Shown in pieces: positions 9,914 through 19,033 of a stretch of 64,000 bases of DNA. Origin of the DNA: Novosphingobium sp. (GTDB lineage Bacteria; Pseudomonadota; Alphaproteobacteria; Sphingomonadales; Sphingomonadaceae); NCBI GenBank assembly GCA_031367905.1, contig JANLQQ010000154.1:5344-69343 (forward strand), in the 5' to 3' direction. The position numbers and the translations under genes were made by a program. Every line of letters begins with the position of its first letter. Within the stretch, counting starts at the first letter, position 1. The notes under the pieces were generated by a model. It searched no databases. It was not told the origin of the DNA and was given only the letters and a program-made list of their open reading frames with translations.

Positions 9914-11114
9914 GAACTGCCCGAGCGTGGTCCGCGATGGCCAAGCGGAAGTCTGCCCATTGCCATTTTGCGACCTGGGCAGCGATAACAGCGGGGTCGA
10001 GGCGGCCTTGCTCCTTATGCCTAACGAGGGCTCGCATGGCCTCGGCCAGTTCATCGATTTTCCCCGGCGTGACCAGTGTCAACGCCGCTGAATCGAGCGG
10101 AAGGTCTGGCAGACCGGTGTTAGGCGTGCCGATGACATGACATCCGGCTGCCAGTGCTTCCAGATAAACCAGGCCGAAACCTTCGATCAGTGACGGCATT
10201 ACGAAAACGTCATGCGCCACATAAAGCCGTTCCAGATCGCCGCGTTCCTGCCTGGCCAGCAAGCGGACGCCAGTCTGTTTGGCCATGGCAGCCAACGCCG
10301 GGTCGATTGCGTAGCAGACCAGCGTGAGCTCTGCGCCGGTTGCAGCGATCTTCGGCCAAGCCCGAAGCAAATGGTGCAAGCCTTTCCGCTGGATGCCCTG
10401 GCCAACAAACAGAAAGCGGCACGTTCCAGGTGGCCGCGGTCTTGATTGCGCCGCCGACGAAGGCGGCGCCCCATAGGGAATTACTGTGATCTTGGCAGGA
10501 TCGCAGCCAGCATGTTCGAGTGAACGCCGCGTCATCGTACTGGCGCAGACAACCGCATCAGCCAGGTGCCAGCCGTGCCGACGATCAATCCGCTCGGCCA
10601 GTAGCTCGCGGGTAAACGATTGCGCGCATTCGGGATAGGCGGCCGCGTCATCGCGGAGAATTTCCAGCGATAGCGCCGCATCGGGATGAAATTCAAAGTC
10701 AATCACCGGGCGGCCGGGTTGGCGCTCGACAGATTCGGGAAGATAATACGAATAACAGTAGAGCGCAGAGCCGCTCTGACGGGCACGTTTTGCTGCCGCC
10801 TTCGCGAGAATGCGTCCGTTTAAAGGCCACATCCAGTCGGGCGGATTCCTCCAAAGTGAAAGTGCTGCCTGGAGCAGGAAGGATCGCCAGACTGACTTTG
10901 ACTTAGCAGCGGGCAACCCCCGCATTGCCCGCCTCCGCAAGGGCCCCGGCCACAACGGTTTCGGTGATTCGCCAAGGTAGAAATCTGTCACGAAGCATTC
11001 GAGTAAACCCGCTTCGGCCAATGCCAGCGGGACCTGGTAATCGTCGCGGCGGCGATTGAAGACACAGACGAAGCGTGAGGGTTTTGGAACATCTGTAGGC
11101 GGACTTTTGATCAT
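9891..11114 (-). CDS. GT4 glycosyltransferase
   Basis: FLFVGQGIQRKG, FVMPSLIEGFGLVYLEALAAG (EX7E); start at MIKS (11114) preferred. Confidence 0.9.
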   Translation of the reverse strand: MIKSPPTDVPKPSRFVCVFNRRRDDYQVPLALAEAGLLECFVTDFYLGESPKPLWPGPLRRRAMRGLPAAKSKSVWRSFLLQAALSLWRNPPDWMWPLNGRILAKAAAKRARQSGSALYCYSYYLPESVERQPGRPVIDFEFHPDAALSLEILRDDAAAYPECAQSFTRELLAERIDRRHGWHLADAVVCASTMTRRSLEHAGCDPAKITVIPYGAPPSSAAQSRPRPPGTCRFLFVGQGIQRKGLHHLLRAWPKIAATGAELTLVCYAIDPALAAMAKQTGVRLLARQERGDLERLYVAHDVFVMPSLIEGFGLVYLEALAAGCHVIGTPNTGLPDLPLDSAALTLVTPGKIDELAEAMRALVRHKEQGRLDPAVIAAQVAKWQWADFRLAIADHARAVLNAETAR

Positions 11115-11216
11115 TCGGACAACCTTAACCGCGAGCCACGGCCACGACCACAGAAAACATTTTCCTACACGAGCCAATATGGTTATTTATCTTGTTCACT
11201 CTAACCGGAGGAACAT

Positions 11217-11645
11217 ATGCCCTCGACTCCCATCCTTAATCCGGCTGGCTACGTGCCGACCGTCGCGATCGGCTTTGCTGATATTACCAATTCACTCGCG
11301 GCAGTCGCCGCCGCCAATCCGCTGCCGATCGTGCAACAGCCGATCAACGCCTCTGCAGCACTTGCCGGTTCGACTGCCGCAACCGGCATTCTTGGACCAT
11401 TCGTGCCGGTGCTCGACCGCCCAGTAATGCTGCTACTTTCAGGCACCTGGACGGGTAGTGTGCGAGTTCTTCGCTCAACCGACGCTGGCACTACAAAACT
11501 GCCTCTGACGCTGGGCGGGATCGGCTGGGCTCAGTTCACCGGCAATTGCTGCGAGCCGGTGTGGGACGAATCAAGCGTCAATGCCCTGCTCTACCTCGAT
11601 GTAACCTACGCAAGTGGCACGATTGTCTACCGGATGGAGCAATAG
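11217..11645 (+). CDS. Small beta-rich hypothetical protein, phage-structural-like
   Basis: GGAGG RBS; LSGTWTGSVRVLRSTDAG strand pattern; no signal peptide or TM segment. Confidence 0.75.
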   Translation: MPSTPILNPAGYVPTVAIGFADITNSLAAVAAANPLPIVQQPINASAALAGSTAATGILGPFVPVLDRPVMLLLSGTWTGSVRVLRSTDAGTTKLPLTLGGIGWAQFTGNCCEPVWDESSVNALLYLDVTYASGTIVYRMEQ

Positions 11646-11647
11646 AC

Positions 11648-12934
11648 ATGGCAGCAGACATGATCGCACGCGGAATTGGCCTGGCCGAAGTCGCCCGCCA
11701 GAAGCGCCATCGGATTCTCAATACGCTGCGCACTTCGATCGAGCGGACCGGCTTCCGGCTGCCTCAACTTGACACTGCCTTGCCGACCATCGGCCTTGCG
11801 ACTGCCGCGACAGCGATCGCTACTGGAACCAGCTGGCAGGTTTCGGTCAGTGGCACTCCGGCCCTTCATGCTGCCAAATACACCTTCCTTGGCGGCACTT
11901 GGGCAAACAACAGCGCAGTATTTCCCGACACTGATGCCTACCGCCCGTTCACTTACCATGCCGGCAACGGCACCGACCCCACGACCAACTTCGTGCAGGG
12001 CGTCGGCCGGGTGCGTTTTTCCACTGCGGCACCAAAGCTCGAACTATGGGTCAAGGAAGGCGCGACCGGCGGTGGTCACGGCTTTCGGATGCAGGTTGAT
12101 GGCAAGCTTTCCAAGGCCGGATTGATCGGCCTCGGTAGCTCCAGCTTCCGCTATATTCCTGTGACTTGGGGTGATGGCACGGCAACATTTCGCAAGAACC
12201 GAAATTATGAGCTTGAATTTGGTCCGGTCGGCCAGTTCTGCGGAATCCGCACCGAACCGATCTATTCGCCTGAACCCTGGCCGCAGGCCGATGGTCTGCG
12301 CGTTGTCGTTCATGGCGACAGCCTGTTGCAGACAATTGTCGACACCGGCAGCCTCGATACTCCGACCTGGGGCGCGATGGGTGCGGTGATCGGCAACCTG
12401 ATCGGACAGGCAGACACCTGGGTTTCTGGCGTCGGCGGAACCGGCTGGTTCAACAGCGCCGTCAACACCAAAAGTACCTTCAACCAGCGAGTCACGCTCG
12501 ACGTGGTTGCACCTACCCCGGATGTGGTGATCGAGATGGGCGGCGGCAACGACTTTGCACTCGCCACCCAGAGCCAGCTTCAGGCTGCAGTTGAAAGCTG
12601 GTTGGCAACCGTAGTCGGCGCAAATCCGAATATCATTATCTTCATGATCGGTCCGGTGACCTGCGCAGCCTGGTCGGCGGCCAACAACTGGGCCCGCGAT
12701 GCCAAAAAGGCAGCGGCGGCCAAATACCCCCGAAACGTTGCCTTCATTGATAGCCCTGTCGAGGGCTGGACGTTTGGCACGGGCAAACAGGGCACTGTCA
12801 ATACCTCGGGCAATACGGACTGGGTTCTGGGCAGCGATGCCGCCCACCCGACGATTGAGGGTCATGTTCATCTGGCCGGACGGATCGCAAAAGCAGTGGC
12901 CAAGGCCATCCCCGGCCTAATCGCCGCACAATGA
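11648..12934 (+). CDS. SGNH/GDSL esterase with N-terminal beta-rich domain
   Basis: Blocks GDS (VVHGDSLL), GVGGTG, GGGND, DAAHP; ATG 2 nt after upstream stop; no signal peptide. Confidence 0.85.
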   Translation: MAADMIARGIGLAEVARQKRHRILNTLRTSIERTGFRLPQLDTALPTIGLATAATAIATGTSWQVSVSGTPALHAAKYTFLGGTWANNSAVFPDTDAYRPFTYHAGNGTDPTTNFVQGVGRVRFSTAAPKLELWVKEGATGGGHGFRMQVDGKLSKAGLIGLGSSSFRYIPVTWGDGTATFRKNRNYELEFGPVGQFCGIRTEPIYSPEPWPQADGLRVVVHGDSLLQTIVDTGSLDTPTWGAMGAVIGNLIGQADTWVSGVGGTGWFNSAVNTKSTFNQRVTLDVVAPTPDVVIEMGGGNDFALATQSQLQAAVESWLATVVGANPNIIIFMIGPVTCAAWSAANNWARDAKKAAAAKYPRNVAFIDSPVEGWTFGTGKQGTVNTSGNTDWVLGSDAAHPTIEGHVHLAGRIAKAVAKAIPGLIAAQ

Positions 12935-13014
12935 TCCATGCTTCGGAGGGGCGCGGCGCATTTGGCGGCACCCCTTCAGCGACCTTTCCACAGCAGTAAC
13001 CAGCAGGAGGCTTG

Positions 13015-15108
13015 ATGGCCGATTTCCTTTTTTCACAATTTGCAGTGCAGCTTATCAAGATCGGAACTGACATTGTCACCACAACCGGTCACAATGAGAT
13101 CGGCAAAGGTGGGGCAAGCTATGTCGCCGATGCGCTGGCGAACGCCGCATTTCAGGCGGCGCATCCTCGCTTCGTCGGCAAGAGCTCAAATTCCCGTTAC
13201 TTCCGCGCTTTGCCGTTAAACGGGGTGCTGACGGTTGAGATTGGCGGCGCAATTGGCGATGATACCGCCAACGATCAGCCCGCGATCCAGGCGACCGTCG
13301 CCTATGCTGAAGCAATCGGATGCCGTTCCATTGTCTTCACCAAACCAGCATATCGCCTGTTCTGTCCGATCCGCACCAGCGATCCCGATGGAACTATCGG
13401 CCAGCACGCGTATGATGGGCGGCCGTTGGTAATTTCTTCGGTGATGACACTCTCGTCCTCCAGCGCCGGCGGAACCACGCTCAATTTCCGCAATAGCGCT
13501 GGCAATCCGCGTGAAACCGGTTGGCAAGTGGTTTTTTCTCCCTCGGTTGCGCAGAATCAGCTCTGGCGCGGCGGCGGCTTGTTTCTGCGCTGCCCATCCA
13601 GCCTACCAGTAGCTCCAGCCGAGCGTCCGGGCATCTCGCTAATCGACATCACGCTCAACGGCGGAATCCCGCGCGGCAGCTATTTCGAGTTCCCGGCGCG
13701 CCTGTCCGATGGCGATGGCTGGGATGTGACCGACAAGGGCATCGAAGTTGAACCAGATCGCTTCTCAGGCGATATTCGTCTGATCCGTTCCGCAGTGAAG
13801 GGCTTCCGCGGCGAACTGATCTTCCAGGCCGGGGAGAATAACGGCGAGCTTTATACGCGCTCGGCAGTCCTTGCCGAAACCAACGGTGACATGTTCCAGT
13901 CATGCGGAACCAATGTCGATATCGACGGACTGTTCGTTACGCGGGGCTACGCTACGTTCGAAGGCTGGGCGGGCCGACGTGGCCGGATCGTCAACGCCGT
14001 GTTCGAGGATTGCATCAGCACCGGCGGAATGCAGGGCGGGCGGCTCAACACCGTATCAGCCAACCGCAATGCACCGCTGCGCTTCTCCGACGGCCTGGCC
14101 CCATGGCTGGACATAGACGCAGAGTTTCGCAACTGCGGCAATGTGAAGCTGGGCAGCTGGACCCGCGGCCGGCTGAAACTGACTGATTCGTCCTTGCTGA
14201 TCGATGCGACTGATCTCTATTCTGAGGGTCTCCATGACATCGACCTCGAAGTACTTTCCCAGGTTGATCAACTCAGCGACATCATGGCAGTTGCACTGAC
14301 CGGCGGGGCGACGGCGGGCTCAAAGACTCTGACCGACGTTCGCCTCCGCCTGACTTGCTCGCGTAGCGAGGAAGCGCGCCGCAATGACCGCATGCATACC
14401 CAGCCGGTCTCGTATTCCGGCTCGATTGGCCCCAACGTCCTGATCGAACAGTCAAGCGGCGAATCCAAGCGATACAGTGCGCCGACTGCGGCGGTAAGCG
14501 ACTTCCACCCTTGCTTCCGCGGCAACAGCTGGACGCGGATCGTCAACGACTGGTCGGGTACCTATCAGGACATCGCCGCCGCGCCGCTGCTTTCGGTTGC
14601 CGGGGATACCATGGCTATTTTCGCCAATGGTGCGGGCAATTTCGCCTTCACCCTGCCAACCGCCGGGATCAACGACGGGCATCAACTGACACTGGTGAAC
14701 GGCAGCAGCAGTGCGTGTTGCACGCTTGCCGCCAGCGGTGCCGGGGCGAAGCTCCCGGCGCGGCGGGTAATCGCTCCGGGCTCCATGATACGTCTGCGCT
14801 TTGCCGGGCTTGATGTGGTGTGGCAGGAGGAAATAGCACCGCCAGCCCTGGTCGCAAGCGCCGCGCTTGCCGCGCAGCCTATGCTGGCGGCAGGCGCAGT
14901 TTCGGCGGAAATCTCGGTACCACTATCTGGGGCCATCGAGGGAATGGCGGCAACTGCGACACCGCAAAACGACCTCGGCAGCGACCTTGAGGTGTGCCAA
15001 CTGCGCAGCCGAAATGGCGCTGTTACATGGCGTTTGCGGAACCTTGGCAGTGGATCGGCAATTCCGCCAGCCGCCACTTGGACGGTCAACGCCTATCATC
15101 TGAACTGA
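13015..15108 (+). CDS. Tailspike/depolymerase-like right-handed beta-helix protein
   Basis: TTGHNEIGKGGASY N-terminal unit; GAIGDDTANDQPAIQA (pectate_lyase_3-type cap); G/D/N-rich coils; beta-rich C-terminus; GGAGG RBS. Confidence 0.7.
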   Translation: MADFLFSQFAVQLIKIGTDIVTTTGHNEIGKGGASYVADALANAAFQAAHPRFVGKSSNSRYFRALPLNGVLTVEIGGAIGDDTANDQPAIQATVAYAEAIGCRSIVFTKPAYRLFCPIRTSDPDGTIGQHAYDGRPLVISSVMTLSSSSAGGTTLNFRNSAGNPRETGWQVVFSPSVAQNQLWRGGGLFLRCPSSLPVAPAERPGISLIDITLNGGIPRGSYFEFPARLSDGDGWDVTDKGIEVEPDRFSGDIRLIRSAVKGFRGELIFQAGENNGELYTRSAVLAETNGDMFQSCGTNVDIDGLFVTRGYATFEGWAGRRGRIVNAVFEDCISTGGMQGGRLNTVSANRNAPLRFSDGLAPWLDIDAEFRNCGNVKLGSWTRGRLKLTDSSLLIDATDLYSEGLHDIDLEVLSQVDQLSDIMAVALTGGATAGSKTLTDVRLRLTCSRSEEARRNDRMHTQPVSYSGSIGPNVLIEQSSGESKRYSAPTAAVSDFHPCFRGNSWTRIVNDWSGTYQDIAAAPLLSVAGDTMAIFANGAGNFAFTLPTAGINDGHQLTLVNGSSSACCTLAASGAGAKLPARRVIAPGSMIRLRFAGLDVVWQEEIAPPALVASAALAAQPMLAAGAVSAEISVPLSGAIEGMAATATPQNDLGSDLEVCQLRSRNGAVTWRLRNLGSGSAIPPAATWTVNAYHLN

Positions 15109-15162
15109 AGCATTGCGAAAAGGACTTGTCAGCCCCGGCAAACTGCCGCTTCTAACAAGCGC

Positions 15163-16365
15163 ATGGTTGCTGGGGCTGAAACTTTGGATGAGACTGGTCC
15201 CGTTCGGCACGCCGCCCGCGTCGTCTGGGTTTCGCCGAGCTATGGCTACTCCGGTAAGTTAATGTATTTTGGGGATATTTTCCGCCAGTTTACGATACAA
15301 TTTCCGCATACCACAATCCCGGTCGCGCCAGAAGATATGGATAGCGAAGGAATTGGTGTCAATCTGCTGCCAATTCTGCGCCTGCGCTATTTAAGTTGGC
15401 AACGTAAAGTCGGCGAGGCCGACTATTTGACCCGTATGGCGCTGCCCTCGCTGGCAACCATGCTCGCCCTGTACCGGCTTATGCCCGACGTCATTATCAC
15501 GATCGAGTTCACTCCGCTGGCCCTGGCCGCAATGCTGCTGTCGAGCCTGTCCGGGAAAATCGCGCGGGTTCAACTGATCGAATCTGATCCGGCAGCGCGC
15601 GGCGGATCCCGGATTTGGCTGGTACTGGCAATCAAGCGCTGGGCTTGCCGGCGCGCGGACGTGATAATGGCCAACAACGAAGCTGGCCGCCGTTTCGCGA
15701 TTGAGGATCTTCGGGCCGATCCCGCAAAGGTTGTGGCCGCTCCCTATCTTACTTCACATCCGCCCGGACCGCAGCCTGATCGTTCCGTCGCCCCTGGCGG
15801 CATTGTACGGCTGCTGTTTGTCAATTCGCTTACCGAGCGAAAAGGTCTGAGCCACTTGCTTGCGTCACTGGCGCTGCTGGGCGAGGAACAGCGCAAGAAG
15901 CTTAGCCTGACTGTCGTTGGCGATGGGCCGCAGCGTGCGGCGCTTGAAGCGCAAACAATCGAGTTGGGCCTGGCGGCGCAAGTCGAATTTGTGGGCGCCA
16001 AACCTTATGATTGCGTCGGCGCATTCTACGCCAGAGCCGATGTGCTGGTTGCGCCCAGCCTTGCCGATTATCGCTCACTGGCCAGTTTTGAAGGGCTTGC
16101 CTACGGGCTTGCCCTGATCGTTTCGAGCTTCGATGGCGCCGCTGCCGAAACTGTGATTGAAGGTGTCACTGGATACAGTGTGGCGCCGCACGATCATGCC
16201 AGGCTGGCAATGTGCATCGCCAGCCTGATCGAAAATCATGCGCAGCTGGCCGCGATGCGCATGGCGGCACTGGCTTTGTTCGAGGAGCATTTCTCTGTAG
16301 ACCGCGTTGTTACCAATCTGGAAACGAGCGTCTTGCTGGCGTTAAAAAAGCGCGGGGAAGGCTAA
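15163..16365 (+). CDS. GT4 glycosyltransferase
   Basis: LLFVNSLTERKG, VVGDGPQR, APSLADYRSLASFEGLAYG (variant of the EX7E motif). Confidence 0.85.
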   Translation: MVAGAETLDETGPVRHAARVVWVSPSYGYSGKLMYFGDIFRQFTIQFPHTTIPVAPEDMDSEGIGVNLLPILRLRYLSWQRKVGEADYLTRMALPSLATMLALYRLMPDVIITIEFTPLALAAMLLSSLSGKIARVQLIESDPAARGGSRIWLVLAIKRWACRRADVIMANNEAGRRFAIEDLRADPAKVVAAPYLTSHPPGPQPDRSVAPGGIVRLLFVNSLTERKGLSHLLASLALLGEEQRKKLSLTVVGDGPQRAALEAQTIELGLAAQVEFVGAKPYDCVGAFYARADVLVAPSLADYRSLASFEGLAYGLALIVSSFDGAAAETVIEGVTGYSVAPHDHARLAMCIASLIENHAQLAAMRMAALALFEEHFSVDRVVTNLETSVLLALKKRGEG

Positions 16366-16367
16366 AT

Positions 16368-17498
16368 GTGGCGCGGGTCATAATTATTCAGCGGCTCGTG
16401 CCGCACTATCGAATTCCAGTGTTTGCGCAGCTCCACCGCGAGCTTGGCTGGGAAGTTGTGGCAAGTGACCGCCCGGTTGCAAACGGTCTGAAGCTTGCCC
16501 GGCCGGAAGATCACGAATGGCTCCACCCGGTGCCGATGACGATGAGCAGCAACAACTTTTATCGCGCTTATGTGCCGATGGGTCGGATCATGCGTGAGTT
16601 TAAGCCCGATGCGCTGGTGGCCGAGTTTTCGCTGCAGCTCAGCTCAAGTTGGCAACTCGCCCTGGGCCCGAAGAAAGTCCCATTTGCGTTTTGGTCGCAA
16701 GGCTGGAATCTTGAACGCGGCTTCGATAGTTGGCGTGACCGGCTGGTTCAAAAGACCCGGCTGATGCTGCAGCAGCGCGCCGATGCACAGCTTTGCTACT
16801 CAGATCAAGGCGCTGCCTATCTGCGCAGCCAGTTGCCAGTCGGAATGCCGATTTGCGTCGCGCAAAACACCATCGAAATTGATCAGCAAGATGGCGCTCC
16901 GAGCGATCGCAAGCCGGGATATCAGCTCCTGTATGTTGGCCGGCTCAATGCCGACAAGCGCGTAGACGTCCTGATCGAGGCATTTGTGAGGTTGAAGCAG
17001 CGAGGACTGGTTGAACGGTTGGTGATCGTGGGCGACGGCCCGGAACGCGAAGTCGTGCGCCGACAGGCCGGCGCAATCGATGGCATCACCCTGACCGGAG
17101 CGATCTATGACGAGGCCAAGTTGGCCGGGTTCTTTGCGGCAAGCGACTTGTTCGTGGTGCCCGGCAGTGCCGGATTAAGCGTAAACCACGCACTGGCCTA
17201 CGCGTTGCCGGTACTCTTGTTCGATGATGCTGGCGCCATGCGGCACCACCCCGAACACAGCACCATTATCGAGGGCGTCAGCGGCTATCGTATCCCTGGG
17301 ACCGGGGCTGAGGCATTGGCGCAAGGGATTGCGACAGCCTTTTCGGGTCTGAACTCGCCCAAAGTGCAGCTTTCTGACAGCATTCGCGCCCTCGTTGCCG
17401 ATACCATCTCACTTGAGCGCATGATCATGGGCTTTCGAGAACTTGACAAAATCTTGACCCGGCAAGCTGCGCGAATGCAGCAACGGTCCTATGGCTAA
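16368..17498 (+). CDS. GT4 glycosyltransferase
   Basis: VPHYRIPVF, LLYVGRLNADKR, IVGDGPE, PGSAGLSVNHALAYALP; GTG start at 16368. Confidence 0.85.
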   Translation: MARVIIIQRLVPHYRIPVFAQLHRELGWEVVASDRPVANGLKLARPEDHEWLHPVPMTMSSNNFYRAYVPMGRIMREFKPDALVAEFSLQLSSSWQLALGPKKVPFAFWSQGWNLERGFDSWRDRLVQKTRLMLQQRADAQLCYSDQGAAYLRSQLPVGMPICVAQNTIEIDQQDGAPSDRKPGYQLLYVGRLNADKRVDVLIEAFVRLKQRGLVERLVIVGDGPEREVVRRQAGAIDGITLTGAIYDEAKLAGFFAASDLFVVPGSAGLSVNHALAYALPVLLFDDAGAMRHHPEHSTIIEGVSGYRIPGTGAEALAQGIATAFSGLNSPKVQLSDSIRALVADTISLERMIMGFRELDKILTRQAARMQQRSYG

Positions 17499-17605
17499 GC
17501 TTTATCTGCAATGGTTCAGGACCTTTGCAATTGCGCCGCGATTGGGGCAGGCTGATCCCGTTCAAATAGCACCAATTGACGTCCGGGTTTTCGAAAGCTG
17601 CGCCC

Positions 17606-19033
17606 ATGTATGAATTTCTGTTGCTGGCCAGCACCGGTGTCTGGGCCATCACCGCACTGGTTTACTCCCAGCGGTCTTGCGCGTCGATGTTCCATCCGCT
17701 CACCTATTACCTTGCCTTTCACTTCCTGATCTTTGTGCTGCGGCCTCCGCTAGTTTATTTCCGCGAATACAATGTGATATACCGCGTTTACGAGTTCCAG
17801 CCATCGATGGAGGACAAGTCTACAGTCCTTATCGCAGCCAATCTGGGACTGATCGCTTTTGCGGTCATGGTCCTGCGCAAGGGCAGTGCAGCATTCCAGT
17901 TCAAACGCACGCAATTCGATGAAGCGCAGCGGACGCTATTGTGGAAGCCCTTCATGATTTCGGCATTGGTCCTGTTTCCCATCGCCGCCCTCTCGCTGGT
18001 AAGCGACATTTCCAGCAAGGCTCTGGATTCAACGACCATGGTGCGCGACGCCGCCACCGGCATTGCGGTCAACACCTCCGGAAATGGTTACTTCGTCGAT
18101 GCCCAGATGATGCTGGCTCCGCTCGCTTTGATGTTCGCCTGGCTGCTGCGATTCCGCTGGTGGTCGCTGATGCCGTTGCTGGTGTTCATCGTCTTGCGCG
18201 GGATGACCGGCGGACGCGGGGTATTCGTGCTAAGTGCAGTCGCCTTGGCCCTGCTGTTCCTTTATGAGCAGCGGCAAAAATGGCTTGTTCCCAGAGTTCT
18301 GCTTGGCTTGGCTGCGCTGGTCGCCATGTTCAATATTGTGGGCCAAGATCGCGGCGCGGCGATCCGGGCGCTGGTCATGGACGATTATAGTGTGCAGGGC
18401 CTGAATGGCGCCGATGAACTCCGCTTCCTTGAAGGAATGGACGCGGGGAACCTCGAGTATTTCGAGTTCCTGGTTTATGCCATCCCTCAGCGGAGCGGAA
18501 CCTACGGCTATTTCCTCAATAATTTGCAGATTCTGACTGAGCCGATCCCGCGCGGATTGTGGCCAAACAAGCCGATCGGTCCACCGATCCAGATGTATAA
18601 GCTGTTCGATTATGGCTACCCGATCGGCATGACCAATTCTCTGCCCGGCGAAGGCTGGGCCCAGCTCGGCTACCTTGGCGTGGCGCTATGGTGTGGGTTG
18701 TTCGGGTATCTTTGGGGTGTGGCCTTCAATAGTTATGTCAAAGGGCCGCAGACGAATTTTCAGACTGTCACCTATATGTTTGCCTTGCCAATCTCGATCC
18801 TGTTCTTCCGCGATGGCACCATTCTGACTTTTCTGAAAGCCGGCTTTTACCTGTTCCTGCCGCTGCTGATTATGCGGGGCATGGCCGGGCTGCTGGCGAT
18901 CCCTTCGGCCGAAGCGTTGGCCGGCGCAGCCTTGCGCAAACGGCAGCGCCAACAAGCCATGCAATCGGGCAAGATCCTGCCCGGAGCGGGGGCCCGGGTG
19001 CTGGGGATGCGCAAGGTCGTGCCCCGGCGATGA
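17606..19033 (+). CDS. Wzy-type polysaccharide polymerase
   Basis: About 11 TM segments; GGRG, IPRGLWPNKP periplasmic loop, GEGWAQLG, FFRDG. Confidence 0.75.
   Translation: MYEFLLLASTGVWAITALVYSQRSCASMFHPLTYYLAFHFLIFVLRPPLVYFREYNVIYRVYEFQPSMEDKSTVLIAANLGLIAFAVMVLRKGSAAFQFKRTQFDEAQRTLLWKPFMISALVLFPIAALSLVSDISSKALDSTTMVRDAATGIAVNTSGNGYFVDAQMMLAPLALMFAWLLRFRWWSLMPLLVFIVLRGMTGGRGVFVLSAVALALLFLYEQRQKWLVPRVLLGLAALVAMFNIVGQDRGAAIRALVMDDYSVQGLNGADELRFLEGMDAGNLEYFEFLVYAIPQRSGTYGYFLNNLQILTEPIPRGLWPNKPIGPPIQMYKLFDYGYPIGMTNSLPGEGWAQLGYLGVALWCGLFGYLWGVAFNSYVKGPQTNFQTVTYMFALPISILFFRDGTILTFLKAGFYLFLPLLIMRGMAGLLAIPSAEALAGAALRKRQRQQAMQSGKILPGAGARVLGMRKVVPRR

Noticed and set aside
11217-15108. Prophage call for the tailspike-like cassette
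   Set aside because: No integrase, terminase, portal, capsid, lysis genes or att-like repeats; flanked by intact capsule genes.
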